Source: a virus
Lineage: Duplodnaviria > Caudoviricetes
Length of the DNA stretch: 56,260 bases
IMG/VR virus record: IMGVR_UViG_3300042564_007410
Span: 1-56,260 of that record
Direction: 5' to 3' (one strand)
The translations under genes were made by a program, and so were the position numbers. Positions 43,872 to 53,685 of this stretch are shown here, piece by piece; the stretch's first letter is position 1, and every line of letters begins with the position of its first letter. A model generated the notes under the pieces. It was not told the DNA's origin. It did not search any database and saw only the letters and a program-made list of their open reading frames with translations.

Positions 43872-45068
43872 ATGGATTCTAATAAGTATCTTGAAATTTG
43901 TAGAAGCGCTCGACTGCTTAAAAATAACATATCGTATTTTACAGTAAAGGAATTTTTGGAAAAATTTAAAATTGACTTAAATATAAATTATGATAAAATT
44001 GATCAGTTAATCGCTAATATTTTATCTCAAGATTTATCAAATGAGCATATTACGCTTCAAAAATTAAATTTAAAGTATAAAAAAACATCTAAGGATTATT
44101 GGATTATTCGAGGATGGGATGAAAAATATTCAATCAGAAAAGCAAAAGAAGCAAATCAGATATATTCTCATTCAAGAAGACTAGAGAAAAATGGATATTC
44201 TCAGGAAGATATTAAGAAGATCATGGCTGATTCTTTTAGTAAAGGAATCGCTACTCTCAAGAAAAGAAAAGATTATTCAGATATTATTAAAAAACGAAAT
44301 AGGGGATTAACTCGAAATCGATATATTAATACAATAAATCCATTAACCGGATTATTATATACGTCTGAAGAATCTGAGAAAAAATATAAAGAAGATCAAC
44401 GAAAGGCTTCGCAGTCTGCAAATCTAAGTAGGAAGCCTGAATCATTTAATACTAAAATCGAATATTATTTAGCTAAGGGCTTATCTTTAGAAGATGCCCA
44501 ATCTGCTCTATTTGAACGCCAAATAAAAAATGGTCTAGACTATTATATCAATAAATATGGAATAGAACAGGGAACCGTTAAATATAATAATCGTATTGCA
44601 AAATACAGTAAAAAAATAAAAGATGCAAGATCGTCTTTTCCAGAAAAATGGAAAACTTCCAGTAAACGATATAGTAATAGTTCTAAGCGATTTTTTGATA
44701 ACTTAATTAATGATATTGATTATCTAAAAAATTTAACTATTTTCTATGCAAATAACGAACATTTCATATATGATAAAATCAATAAAAAAATATATTTTTA
44801 TGATTTTTATATTGAAGAATTAAATATTATAATTGAATATCATGGAATAGTCTGGCATCCTAAGCATCGTGATCAACCTGGCTGGATCCACCCATATACT
44901 AAGGAGACTTCTGAAAAATACTATGATTTAGATATTCATAAAAAAATACTTGCAAATAGTTTTGGTATTGATGTTATCGCAATATTTGAAGATGAGATAA
45001 CAACTAATCGTAATAATATAATAAATGAACTACACAATCGAATTAACACGTACCGTAATCGTAAATGA
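43872..45068 (+). CDS. Free-standing putative homing endonuclease, Vsr/DUF559-like
   Basis: C-terminal FYDFYIEELNIIIEYHGIVWH; basic N-terminal repeats; lies between the intein halves. Confidence 0.75.
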   Translation: MDSNKYLEICRSARLLKNNISYFTVKEFLEKFKIDLNINYDKIDQLIANILSQDLSNEHITLQKLNLKYKKTSKDYWIIRGWDEKYSIRKAKEANQIYSHSRRLEKNGYSQEDIKKIMADSFSKGIATLKKRKDYSDIIKKRNRGLTRNRYINTINPLTGLLYTSEESEKKYKEDQRKASQSANLSRKPESFNTKIEYYLAKGLSLEDAQSALFERQIKNGLDYYINKYGIEQGTVKYNNRIAKYSKKIKDARSSFPEKWKTSSKRYSNSSKRFFDNLINDIDYLKNLTIFYANNEHFIYDKINKKIYFYDFYIEELNIIIEYHGIVWHPKHRDQPGWIHPYTKETSEKYYDLDIHKKILANSFGIDVIAIFEDEITTNRNNIINELHNRINTYRNRK

Positions 45069-46986
45069 TTTAAAACATTATTATAGTGACGAAATATTTA
45101 TTAATTTATCTGATTTTGACCTAAATGAATTTTTTACAAACCATGTCAATACTCATAGTGAGGAAATAACAATTAAAGATTTCTATGAGTTACCTGAAGA
45201 TTCACATTTATTAATTGAATCATTGGATGGATATGTTAGAGTTGGTGAACGAATAAAAAAGAATAACTTAGAGTGCTATACTTTAACTTTAAAAGATAAT
45301 CGTAAATTATCTGGTGCATTTAATCATTTAGTTGAAACTGAAAGAGGCTGGGTTAAATTAAAAGAACTATCATCCAGTGATTATGTTTTAACTACTTCTG
45401 GTTTTATTCAAGTAAAAAATATACGACAAATTAAAACGCAAGACGTTTATGATTTAGAATGTTTACATCCAAACCATCGATATTTATCAAATGGCATATC
45501 TAATCACAATACTGGAAAATCTTATGCTGCAATTATGATCGCTGAATGGTATCGCAGTGAACATTCAAAAAAAGCAAAAACTGATATTGTAACAAATACT
45601 AAAATTCTACAGGATCAATACGTAAAGGATTTTAAATTTGCCGCAAATCTTAAGGGTAAGAATAACTATTGGTGTCGTACTCAAAATATGGGATGCGGTG
45701 ATGCACAAGTTATCAATAAAGCAAATGGTGCTCGCTGTAATATTTGTCCACATAAAATTGCACAATCTAAATTCTTAAAGAGCCCAGTAAGTCTTGCTAA
45801 TTTCCACCTAGTAACTGCCTATTCAATGTATTCACCAGATATGATGATTGAGCGTAGTTCTAAACTTTTAATTATTGATGAGGCACACGCTTTTGAAGAG
45901 ACATTTTGTGATTTTATTCTCTCTACCTATTCTGAACGAAGTTTAAAAATACTTGATGTATGGCAAGAGTGGATGGGGCGGGATCTTGACAATATTTCAT
46001 CACTTAGTGAATTATCTGATTGGACAAAAGACGTATTAGTTCCACTACTTGGCCAAAAGGCAGAAGACCTATTAGATGAGGCTAAGGAAACTAGAGCTAA
46101 GAAGAAAAAGATTGAACTAATTAAAAAAGCAGATCATGTTGATAAATCAATGTGCAAATACAATCGTTTTGTAAATGATAGAGAAAACTATAAAACAAAT
46201 TGGACTTTCGAAAAGGATATTGACCAATACGGCAAAACTAAAATTCTAGTTGAACCTATTTGGGGAAACCTATATCTTAAAGAATTATTTTGGGACCAAT
46301 ATGACCATGTAATCTTAATGTCAGGTACACTATTAGATCGTGAACTATTTTCATTTATTATGGGAATTGAGGATCATGAATCTACTTATTTAGCACTGCC
46401 TTGTCCATTTAAAGCAGAGTCTCGTCCAGTAATCTATGCAAAATTTGGTAAAATGTCATACTACAATAAAAAGGAGACATTTGCTAGAGCTGTGCCAATT
46501 ATTGGAAAGATTCTTGAAAAGAATCATGAGCATAAAGGAATTATCCATACTTCAAATTATGAACTTAGTAAATGGATTCAATCTTCAATTAAAGACAAGC
46601 GACTCTTATTTCATGACTCACTTACTCGTGAAAAAACATTAGAGACTCATTTAACCTCTCAATTAGAGACTGTCCTAGTTTCACCATCCATGATAAATGG
46701 TGTCGACTTAAAGGATGAACTTTCTCGTTTTCAAGTAATCCTAAAAATACCTTTTCCTAATCTTGTTAGTACAAAGATTAAACGCCGACTTGATACTCGT
46801 CCAGAATGGTATAATTGGAAGACCCTGGTTGATCTTCTTCAAGCATATGGTAGATCAATCAGAAATGATGACGATTGGGCAGAGACATATATCTTAGACG
46901 AATGTTTTGATCAAATCCTTGAAAATAAAAATGTTCCTCAATATTTCCTAGATGCACTTAAAATTAAAAAATTACTTAAAAAATGA
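45025..46986 (+). CDS. Split-intein C fragment (about 162 aa) plus DinG/XPD-like helicase C-extein
   Basis: SGAFNH (block B), VYDLE..HRYLSNGISNHN|TGKS; LQDQY, LKGKNNY, four Cys for FeS, DEAH, MSGT, GVD, QAYGRSIR. Confidence 0.9.
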   Translation: MNYTIELTRTVIVNDLKHYYSDEIFINLSDFDLNEFFTNHVNTHSEEITIKDFYELPEDSHLLIESLDGYVRVGERIKKNNLECYTLTLKDNRKLSGAFNHLVETERGWVKLKELSSSDYVLTTSGFIQVKNIRQIKTQDVYDLECLHPNHRYLSNGISNHNTGKSYAAIMIAEWYRSEHSKKAKTDIVTNTKILQDQYVKDFKFAANLKGKNNYWCRTQNMGCGDAQVINKANGARCNICPHKIAQSKFLKSPVSLANFHLVTAYSMYSPDMMIERSSKLLIIDEAHAFEETFCDFILSTYSERSLKILDVWQEWMGRDLDNISSLSELSDWTKDVLVPLLGQKAEDLLDEAKETRAKKKKIELIKKADHVDKSMCKYNRFVNDRENYKTNWTFEKDIDQYGKTKILVEPIWGNLYLKELFWDQYDHVILMSGTLLDRELFSFIMGIEDHESTYLALPCPFKAESRPVIYAKFGKMSYYNKKETFARAVPIIGKILEKNHEHKGIIHTSNYELSKWIQSSIKDKRLLFHDSLTREKTLETHLTSQLETVLVSPSMINGVDLKDELSRFQVILKIPFPNLVSTKIKRRLDTRPEWYNWKTLVDLLQAYGRSIRNDDDWAETYILDECFDQILENKNVPQYFLDALKIKKLLKK

Positions 46987-48146
46987 AATTAAAAAATTTT
47001 AATCAGTATTTAACAGAATCTGTTAATTCAACAACTTATTTTCAACCTCATTATTTTAATTTGCCCTATTCTATACCAGAGGACAGATTCAAAGACGGCT
47101 TATTAAAATCAAATACTTATAGAAAAACAAGTAATAGTCGATCTTTTAGTGAAAGTAAGTCTACATATTCATCAATTGACGAATTTCTTGAAAAAAATCC
47201 AATTGCTAAAATTGAAAAGTCAATTATTGCTGAAGTCAATAAAGTTATTAAATTTATCAATAACAATAAATTAACTGGTAAAGAACTTGATGCATCATTT
47301 AGTCAAGAAATGGAATTTTCTGAGTATTTAGATGAAATTTTAGAAACGCCAGAAGAAGATATTCCATTTGGAATAATAGAAACAGGCTTGCCTTTTTCTA
47401 CTTTTTCAATTAGAGTAGACTATGACATTTATAAAAATATTCCAGTTTTTACCTTTTGGTATGATGGTGATCTTTTTTATTATTATGGAGTATTTACTTT
47501 AGAATCAAATGATGTGAGTGGTTCAGGTGAAAATCATACTTATATTACTTCAACTGAATTAATTGATTATCTTTTTTATGAAACTGTTTGGAGAGCAGCA
47601 GTTTCTGAATTAAATTACTTAAGTATTGAACCAGTTTCAGTCAATGTTAAAGATGAGGAGTTTGATAGACTTAGCGAAATTACAAATGATCCAAATTATT
47701 CAAATCAAATAGTAAAAAACTATTTTGATAAAAACTTTATACAACTTTTAAAAAGATGGATAAAAAATGATGATCCAACTTCTGAAGATACACAAGGGAT
47801 AAAATTTAATTATAAAATTCTTGAAGAATTTACTCATATGAGTTTTCCTGGAGATGCCGGTACAGTACTATCGGCTTCTAGCGGACCTTATGAATTTGCG
47901 TCTTCTGGAAAAAATAGTTTTATCATTCGGCTTCTTTCATTTTGGGATAAAGAAGATATGTATCTTGCAATTAGATTTATATTTAATTCTCAAGATGGTC
48001 TAATTAGTATTGAATCTGCTGATTATTCAACTTCTGATGATTGGAATAAAGTAGATTGGAAACAATTAACCCAAGCTGAAATAAATACTCTATATGTTTT
48101 TGATAAAAGAGGAAAGGCAGTATGGATACAAAATTTAATGAATTAA
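46983..48146 (+). CDS. Hypothetical protein with capsid-targeting-like leader
   Basis: Starts MKLKNFNQYLTES. Confidence 0.65.
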   Translation: MKLKNFNQYLTESVNSTTYFQPHYFNLPYSIPEDRFKDGLLKSNTYRKTSNSRSFSESKSTYSSIDEFLEKNPIAKIEKSIIAEVNKVIKFINNNKLTGKELDASFSQEMEFSEYLDEILETPEEDIPFGIIETGLPFSTFSIRVDYDIYKNIPVFTFWYDGDLFYYYGVFTLESNDVSGSGENHTYITSTELIDYLFYETVWRAAVSELNYLSIEPVSVNVKDEEFDRLSEITNDPNYSNQIVKNYFDKNFIQLLKRWIKNDDPTSEDTQGIKFNYKILEEFTHMSFPGDAGTVLSASSGPYEFASSGKNSFIIRLLSFWDKEDMYLAIRFIFNSQDGLISIESADYSTSDDWNKVDWKQLTQAEINTLYVFDKRGKAVWIQNLMN

Positions 48147-48187
48147 TATTTCATAAAAGAACTAAAGATAAAAATTACCAAAAAGTA

Positions 48188-50056
48188 ATGGCTAAAAAAG
48201 CAATAGAGAGTAAATACCAAAAATTAACAGATACTGAACACGTTTTACTTAGACCATCTATGTATATTGGATCAGTTGCGACCCATACTGGAGATCAGTA
48301 TCTTTATGATGGAGAAAAAGTAATAGTTAGCGAAGTTAACTATAATCCAGGTTTTATTAAATTATTTGATGAAATCGTCTCAAATTCAGTGGATGAACAT
48401 CGCCGTAATTCTAAATTAAATGAGATTAGAGTAACTATTAATTTAGATAGTACTGAAATTTCAATTTGGGATAATGGTGGAATTCCAGTAGAGAAGCACC
48501 CAGTCCATAAAGAGTGGATTCCTGAAATGATTTTTTCAAATCTAAAAGCTGGATCTAATTTTGATGACACTGAACAACGAACTGTTGCTGGTACAAATGG
48601 TGTAGGTTCAACCCTAACTAATATCTTTAGTAAAAAATTCTCAATATCTACCTGTGATGGTAAAAATAGGTTCGACCAAACCTTTACTGATAATATGGGT
48701 AAGCGAACCCCTGCTAAAATTACTCCAGCTAAGAGAGGATTTACTGAAATTTCATTTTTTCCAGACCTAGAGAGGTTTAAAATGCAAACGATTGATGAAA
48801 CCTCATTTCAAATACTATTTAAACGCTGTTTGGACCTAGTTGCATGTAATAATAAGTTGACATTAAAGTTAACTAAGATTAGTAATACAGAAAAGACTGA
48901 ATATACTCTTCGATTTAAGAGTTTTGAGGAGTATATTCAATTATATGCAGAAGAATATTTCTTTGAAGAGTCAAAGGATTGGAAAATTGGCTTTGCTAAA
49001 TCTGAAAATGGCTTTCAAAATGTGAGTTTTGTTAATTCAGTTCATACAAAAGATGGTGGAACTCATGTAGATTATATCACTAATCAATTGATTACACAAT
49101 TACGAGAAATGATTAAGAAAAAACACAGGGTTGATGTTAAGCCAAGCGATATCCGAAATCATCTCTATGTTTTTATTGATTCAACTGTTGTAAACTCATT
49201 CTTTAGCTCACAAACTAAGGAAAAATTAATTACAGAAGTTAAAGATTTTGGTACTCGACATGAAGTTACTGATAAATTAGCAAAACTTATATTCAAATCT
49301 GATATTATTCAATCTGTACTTGATTGGATTGAGAAAAAAGAGCTTGCTCAAGAGAGAGCTGAGCTTCGAAAGCTAAATAAGGACCTAGATAAGACTAAAA
49401 TTCCTAAATTAATCGATGCACAGAAAAAAGGTGATCGTGGAACCTGTATCCTAGGTATTTATGAAGGACTTTCCGCAGTTTCAGCAGTTCGTAAGTTTAG
49501 AGACACTCAAATAATCGGTGCATTTCCTCTAAAAGGTAAATTTATCAATATTAGTGAGATGAAACCCTCTGAAATTGCTAAAAATGATGAGGCTGTACAA
49601 TTAATGGCCTCACTAGGCTTAAAATTAGGCGAAGAACCTAAAGGATTACGATATGGTCGCATCTATATTTATACTGATGCTGATCCAGATGGAAGTCACA
49701 TTGCAGCAACCTTAATTAACTTCTTTAATCGCTTTTGGCCTGAATTATTTGATCAAGGTCGAGTATATAAAGTAATGACTCCATTAGTTGTTGCTAAAAA
49801 AGGCAAAGAGTCGCTTAATTTTTATACAAATGATGAATTTGATAAATGGTTAAAGAAGAATAAGACTAGTGCATGGAATATTGAATATAAAAAGGGACTT
49901 GGCGCGCTTGAAGATGCTGAATATGAAGAAATTATTAAAAATCCATATTTAGTTCAAATCAAGAACGATAAAGACTATAAAGAATCACTTGAATCATGGT
50001 TTGGTAAGGATTCTCAACCTCGAAAAGAGAGAATACTTGAAAATAATAAAGATTAA
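48188..50056 (+). CDS. Type IIA topoisomerase large subunit (ATPase plus TOPRIM; gp39+gp60 fused)
   Basis: EHVLLRPSMYIGS, EIVSNSVDE, DNGGIP, GTNGVG, EGLSA, PLKGK, DADPDGSHI, KGLG. Confidence 0.95.
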   Translation: MAKKAIESKYQKLTDTEHVLLRPSMYIGSVATHTGDQYLYDGEKVIVSEVNYNPGFIKLFDEIVSNSVDEHRRNSKLNEIRVTINLDSTEISIWDNGGIPVEKHPVHKEWIPEMIFSNLKAGSNFDDTEQRTVAGTNGVGSTLTNIFSKKFSISTCDGKNRFDQTFTDNMGKRTPAKITPAKRGFTEISFFPDLERFKMQTIDETSFQILFKRCLDLVACNNKLTLKLTKISNTEKTEYTLRFKSFEEYIQLYAEEYFFEESKDWKIGFAKSENGFQNVSFVNSVHTKDGGTHVDYITNQLITQLREMIKKKHRVDVKPSDIRNHLYVFIDSTVVNSFFSSQTKEKLITEVKDFGTRHEVTDKLAKLIFKSDIIQSVLDWIEKKELAQERAELRKLNKDLDKTKIPKLIDAQKKGDRGTCILGIYEGLSAVSAVRKFRDTQIIGAFPLKGKFINISEMKPSEIAKNDEAVQLMASLGLKLGEEPKGLRYGRIYIYTDADPDGSHIAATLINFFNRFWPELFDQGRVYKVMTPLVVAKKGKESLNFYTNDEFDKWLKKNKTSAWNIEYKKGLGALEDAEYEEIIKNPYLVQIKNDKDYKESLESWFGKDSQPRKERILENNKD

Positions 50057-50169
50057 TGAAATACGATAATGAATTTCAGCGCCGTCCTAAATTTGTATTA
50101 ATTTGGATGTTTGCAGTTGCTGGTCTCATATTTGGTCTAACTTTTATTTTTAAAACTTTATTTCAATAA
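50056..50169 (+). CDS. 37-aa membrane peptide missing from the ORF track
   Basis: MKYDNEFQRRPKFVLIWMFAVAGLIFGLTFIFKTLFQ; TAATG coupling. Confidence 0.45.
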   Translation: MKYDNEFQRRPKFVLIWMFAVAGLIFGLTFIFKTLFQ

Positions 50170-50197
50170 TAAAGTAAAAAATAGAAAAATCCACTAT

Positions 50198-50524
50198 ATG
50201 ACATTTGATAGTTTTAAACAGATAACTGACCTAATGGTCCAGTCGTCTATTGCTCTAGATAAATCAAAAGATCTAAATATTGATCTTCTTGATTTTGTCG
50301 AACCTTATCACATAACCATTAATTTTCTTTGGGGTCAACTATTAACCATTGAGGGTCTTGATTGGCTTGATTGGTTTATGTATGAAAAAGGATATCTTCA
50401 GGATGGAATTGGTAAATCTGATTTTGGTGCATACGATGGTGACACTGAAATTTGTAAAGATCTTGAAGGCTTATATGATTATCTTACTAAAAACAACTAT
50501 TTTAAATGCGCAAACCTGAAATAA
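50198..50524 (+). CDS. Hypothetical phage protein
   Basis: EGLDWLDWFMYE and DLEGLYDYL. Confidence 0.65.
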   Translation: MTFDSFKQITDLMVQSSIALDKSKDLNIDLLDFVEPYHITINFLWGQLLTIEGLDWLDWFMYEKGYLQDGIGKSDFGAYDGDTEICKDLEGLYDYLTKNNYFKCANLK

Positions 50525-51873
50525 AAACAGTTACTGACTATCTAGATACTGATTACAAAGAATATGCAATCTATGTTGTTGAAGAGAGGGCAATTCCATC
50601 GGTAATTGATGGATTTAAGCCAACTCAACGTAAAGTTATTTTTGTTGCAAATCGAGTATGGAAAAATGGTTCTGAAAAACCAATGAAGATTTTTCAATTA
50701 GCAGGTAGGGTTGCAGCAGATGCTTTTTATCACCATGGAGATGGATCACTAAATTCTGCAATTGTCGGCATGGCACAAAAATTTAAAAACTCAATGCCAG
50801 TATTAGAAGATATTGGTCAGTTTGGATCCTTACGTTCTCCTGAAGCAGCCGCTCCTCGATATATTGCAACTAAACTGCATAAGAACTTTAGACTACTATA
50901 TAAGGATTTTGAGTTATTAGAATCAAGATATGAAGAAGGCAATGAAATAGAGCCTAAATATTTCTTACCAATTATTCCAACTGTCCTCTTAAATGGTGGT
51001 AGTGGGATTGCGGTAGGCTTTGCAACAAATATCCTAAATCGTAATCCAATACACCTTATTGATGCTTGTTTAAAATCACTAGACGGCAAAAAATATACTG
51101 AACCTTCTCCATGGAATAGAGAATTTGCTGGAGATTGTGAACTAGTTGATGCTGAAAAGTTTTCATGGGTATTTAGCGGAAAGTATAATATTAAAAATAC
51201 TACAACTGTTTCAATTACAGAATTACCACCATCTATTACTTATGAAAAATTTGATCTACACCTAATTGATTTAGAAGAGTCTCGTAGAATTGCAAGTTAT
51301 GAAAATAATTGTAAATCAAATATTAACTATGTTCTTAAGTTTAGACGAGAAGATCTTAAGACCCTAAGTGATTCAATTCGATTAAAACGTCTTCTAAAAA
51401 TGGAAGAACGTCAAACTGAGAATTTTACAGTACTTGATGAGAGAGGAAAACTTAAAATATTTAATTCAGCTAGTGAAATTATTGAATATTTTGTAAAATT
51501 TAGACTCTCTTTCTATGATAAGAGAAAACAGTATATTATTGATACTTTATCTCAAGAGTTACTAGTTCTTTCAAATAGAGCAAAATTTGTTAAAGCTATT
51601 ATTGATGGTAAACTTAAAATCAATAATGTTCCACGAAAAGAAATTATTCTTTTCCTACAAACCTCTAATTTTGATGAAGTTAATGGATCATATCAATATT
51701 TATTAAGTATGCCAATTTACTCACTAACTAAAGAGACATATGAAGATCTTCTTGGCGCAGAATATCAAAAGGCACAAGAACTTGAAGAGTTTAAAAAGAG
51801 AGAACCTTTACAAATGTACAAGGAAGATTTACAAGAATTGAAAAAGGCACTTCAAAAAGAGTATAATAATTAA
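50506..51873 (+). CDS. gp52: Type IIA topoisomerase medium subunit, gp52-like
   Basis: RAIPSVIDGFKPTQRK, YHHGD, AAPRY catalytic Tyr, GIAVGFAT. Confidence 0.95.
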   Translation: MRKPEIKTVTDYLDTDYKEYAIYVVEERAIPSVIDGFKPTQRKVIFVANRVWKNGSEKPMKIFQLAGRVAADAFYHHGDGSLNSAIVGMAQKFKNSMPVLEDIGQFGSLRSPEAAAPRYIATKLHKNFRLLYKDFELLESRYEEGNEIEPKYFLPIIPTVLLNGGSGIAVGFATNILNRNPIHLIDACLKSLDGKKYTEPSPWNREFAGDCELVDAEKFSWVFSGKYNIKNTTTVSITELPPSITYEKFDLHLIDLEESRRIASYENNCKSNINYVLKFRREDLKTLSDSIRLKRLLKMEERQTENFTVLDERGKLKIFNSASEIIEYFVKFRLSFYDKRKQYIIDTLSQELLVLSNRAKFVKAIIDGKLKINNVPRKEIILFLQTSNFDEVNGSYQYLLSMPIYSLTKETYEDLLGAEYQKAQELEEFKKREPLQMYKEDLQELKKALQKEYNN

Positions 51874-51879
51874 AAGAAT

Positions 51880-52113
51880 ATGGCAGAATTTTCAAAACAA
51901 TATTGTGATCAAGATGATCGAGATTTCGCATGGGATTTTGATATCCTAGAAGTAGCTGAAATTTTACCTAATGGATCATGTATTCAACGTATTTGTGAAG
52001 GTTATGGATTTATTGCAATTGGAAAAAATGAACTAGGCGAAATAATCCTTGCATTTAGAGAAAATAAAAAACTTATTTGGAAACCGTATCCTGAAATAGT
52101 GTATAATAATTAA
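51880..52113 (+). CDS. Hypothetical protein
   Basis: 77-aa ORF. Confidence 0.6.
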   Translation: MAEFSKQYCDQDDRDFAWDFDILEVAEILPNGSCIQRICEGYGFIAIGKNELGEIILAFRENKKLIWKPYPEIVYNN

Positions 52114-52127
52114 AAAAACATAGCAAT

Positions 52128-52556
52128 ATGACAATCGCGCAAGCCTTAAAAGAAAAAAACAAAAAAGTAGCAAAGATCCAAAAAATTTGGGACAAAATCC
52201 AACGCTATAACTCTATTCAAGAGGGATCTGAAAGACCATATAGCACTACTGAGTTATTTGGACAAGTTCACGCTGAAGTAGCTGAGCTAATTGAATTAAA
52301 AACAAAGATCCATGAAGCATCTTCTCCAGTAAGATCAGATATCTTTACTCTTTCTGAAATGAAAAATTTCATACAGAGAGTACGTTCAGTTAGTACTGTT
52401 AAAGGTGTTCACCGAGATAGATATGAAAGCACATCATCTACGATGGTTGCTGAATTAGATATTATCTGGCAAGATACTGAGATTGAAGCACTTGAAGAAA
52501 AAATTGAAAAACTTCAAGAAAAATTAGATCAATTCAATCACACAACTAGCATCTAA
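52128..52556 (+). CDS. Coiled-coil protein, DIP1984/DUF6847-like
   Basis: MTIAQALKEKNK, LIELKTKIHEA and LQEKLDQFNHTTSI resemble that family. Confidence 0.55.
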   Translation: MTIAQALKEKNKKVAKIQKIWDKIQRYNSIQEGSERPYSTTELFGQVHAEVAELIELKTKIHEASSPVRSDIFTLSEMKNFIQRVRSVSTVKGVHRDRYESTSSTMVAELDIIWQDTEIEALEEKIEKLQEKLDQFNHTTSI

Positions 52557-52562
52557 AAAACA

Positions 52563-52747
52563 TGGGCGACCCTAGTTGTAGTAGAGTATTATAAGCTTTC
52601 TAGGCTATTCAGTCTATACATTCTTGAAACTAAGATGGTACGATCGTGATGCTGAACTCAAATTTCCAGATACAAGAGCTCAAAATGGTAAACCTTATTA
52701 ACTCAAAACTCTGTAGCTAATTTTACTTTCTCTTCTAGGAGAGCCCA
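52563..52747 (+). ncRNA. Candidate structured non-coding RNA
   Basis: Ends pair (TGGGC/GCCCA, CCTAG/CTAGG); internal hairpins; three CTCAAA repeats; followed by a terminator. Confidence 0.4.
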
Positions 52748-52754
52748 CCATACT

Positions 52755-52782
52755 AAAAAAGAGGACTACTATGTCCTCTTTT
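52755..52782. terminator. Bidirectional intrinsic terminator
   Basis: AAAAGAGGAC-TACTAT-GTCCTCTTTT. Confidence 0.85.
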
Positions 52783-52836
52783 GTTGTTATTAATAATATT
52801 ACCTATTTAGAAACTTTTTAAATGTTTGTAGATTTT

Positions 52837-53271
52837 TTATAGTCTAACTAAGTTTACTTTTATTTTTCTCTCTCCTAAAGCCCAATGAGCTATTAGTCTA
52901 TGATGGCCATCATATATTGCTTTTTCTCCATCACTGAATTGAACAACATTTATACGAGGCAATTTATCAATATTAGCAAGCATTTTATCTACTTTATTTG
53001 CTTGAATATTTGGTTGTGTTATATGAATATCCTTTATATCAATAACAACAATATGATGTTGTTCTTCGTGTTGTTCATACGCAACTATAACTTCATTCCA
53101 AGTATATTTGCTCATCTTGAAAACTCCTTCAATATTCTTTGCACTATCAAATAACTTACCTTGAGGCAAATTGTCTATTCTTTGAATAGAAGATTCTAGA
53201 TTTTGCTTAATTCTATTTAAGTAAGCAAAAGATTCAGTTAAGAAAAATTTGTATGTATACAGATGTTTCAT
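52837..53271 (-). CDS. ParB/sulfiredoxin-like domain protein
   Basis: IHITQP, IYDGHHRLIA; leader YTYKFFLTES. Confidence 0.7.
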   Translation of the reverse strand: MKHLYTYKFFLTESFAYLNRIKQNLESSIQRIDNLPQGKLFDSAKNIEGVFKMSKYTWNEVIVAYEQHEEQHHIVVIDIKDIHITQPNIQANKVDKMLANIDKLPRINVVQFSDGEKAIYDGHHRLIAHWALGERKIKVNLVRL

Positions 53272-53281
53272 TCTTTACTGT

Positions 53282-53650
53282 TTACTTTAGGGTAAGTAAA
53301 TATTTAAGTTTATTAATTGCTGCAAGCATTTCATCTCTAAGATTTAATAAATCACTGTCTCGATTATTATCTAATTTATTATTAAAAGACAATAAGAATT
53401 CCGTGATAGTTTCTAAGAATTCCTCTATGTTAACTTCTCCAATATTTCCTAATAGTATTGCATCACTCTCTCCTTCTAGTGCAACTCTACCATATTTGCC
53501 CATATATATTTCCATGAAATTATCAGATAGGTCACTAATTGTATCATAAATATCTCCATATGCAATATGTTTAGAATAAGATTGAGTTTGCCAGTGAAAC
53601 ACTTTAAATTGTGCTTGGATCCCTAAGAAAGTAGACATTAAACTTGTCAT
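53282..53650 (-). CDS. Ferritin/Dps-like four-helix protein, DUF5856-like
   Basis: FHWQT.SY..H.A, DNFMEIYMG, KLKYLLTLK; late motif at 53667-53676 supports ATG 53650. Confidence 0.7.
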   Translation of the reverse strand: MTSLMSTFLGIQAQFKVFHWQTQSYSKHIAYGDIYDTISDLSDNFMEIYMGKYGRVALEGESDAILLGNIGEVNIEEFLETITEFLLSFNNKLDNNRDSDLLNLRDEMLAAINKLKYLLTLK

Positions 53651-53685
53651 AGCTTTAAACTTTTTATTATTTATCTCCATAAACA

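Noticed and set aside
43700-43930. 76-aa ORF on the - strand
   Set aside because: Shadow of the + strand helicase-IntN ORF, which has clear motifs
43868-45025. Group I intron or frameshift as the way to join the helicase halves
   Set aside because: No non-coding space for a ribozyme core, and both halves carry complementary intein blocks; not excluded experimentally
48188-50056. T4 gene 60-type ribosomal bypass or split in topoisomerase
   Set aside because: ATPase and TOPRIM regions are in one uninterrupted ORF
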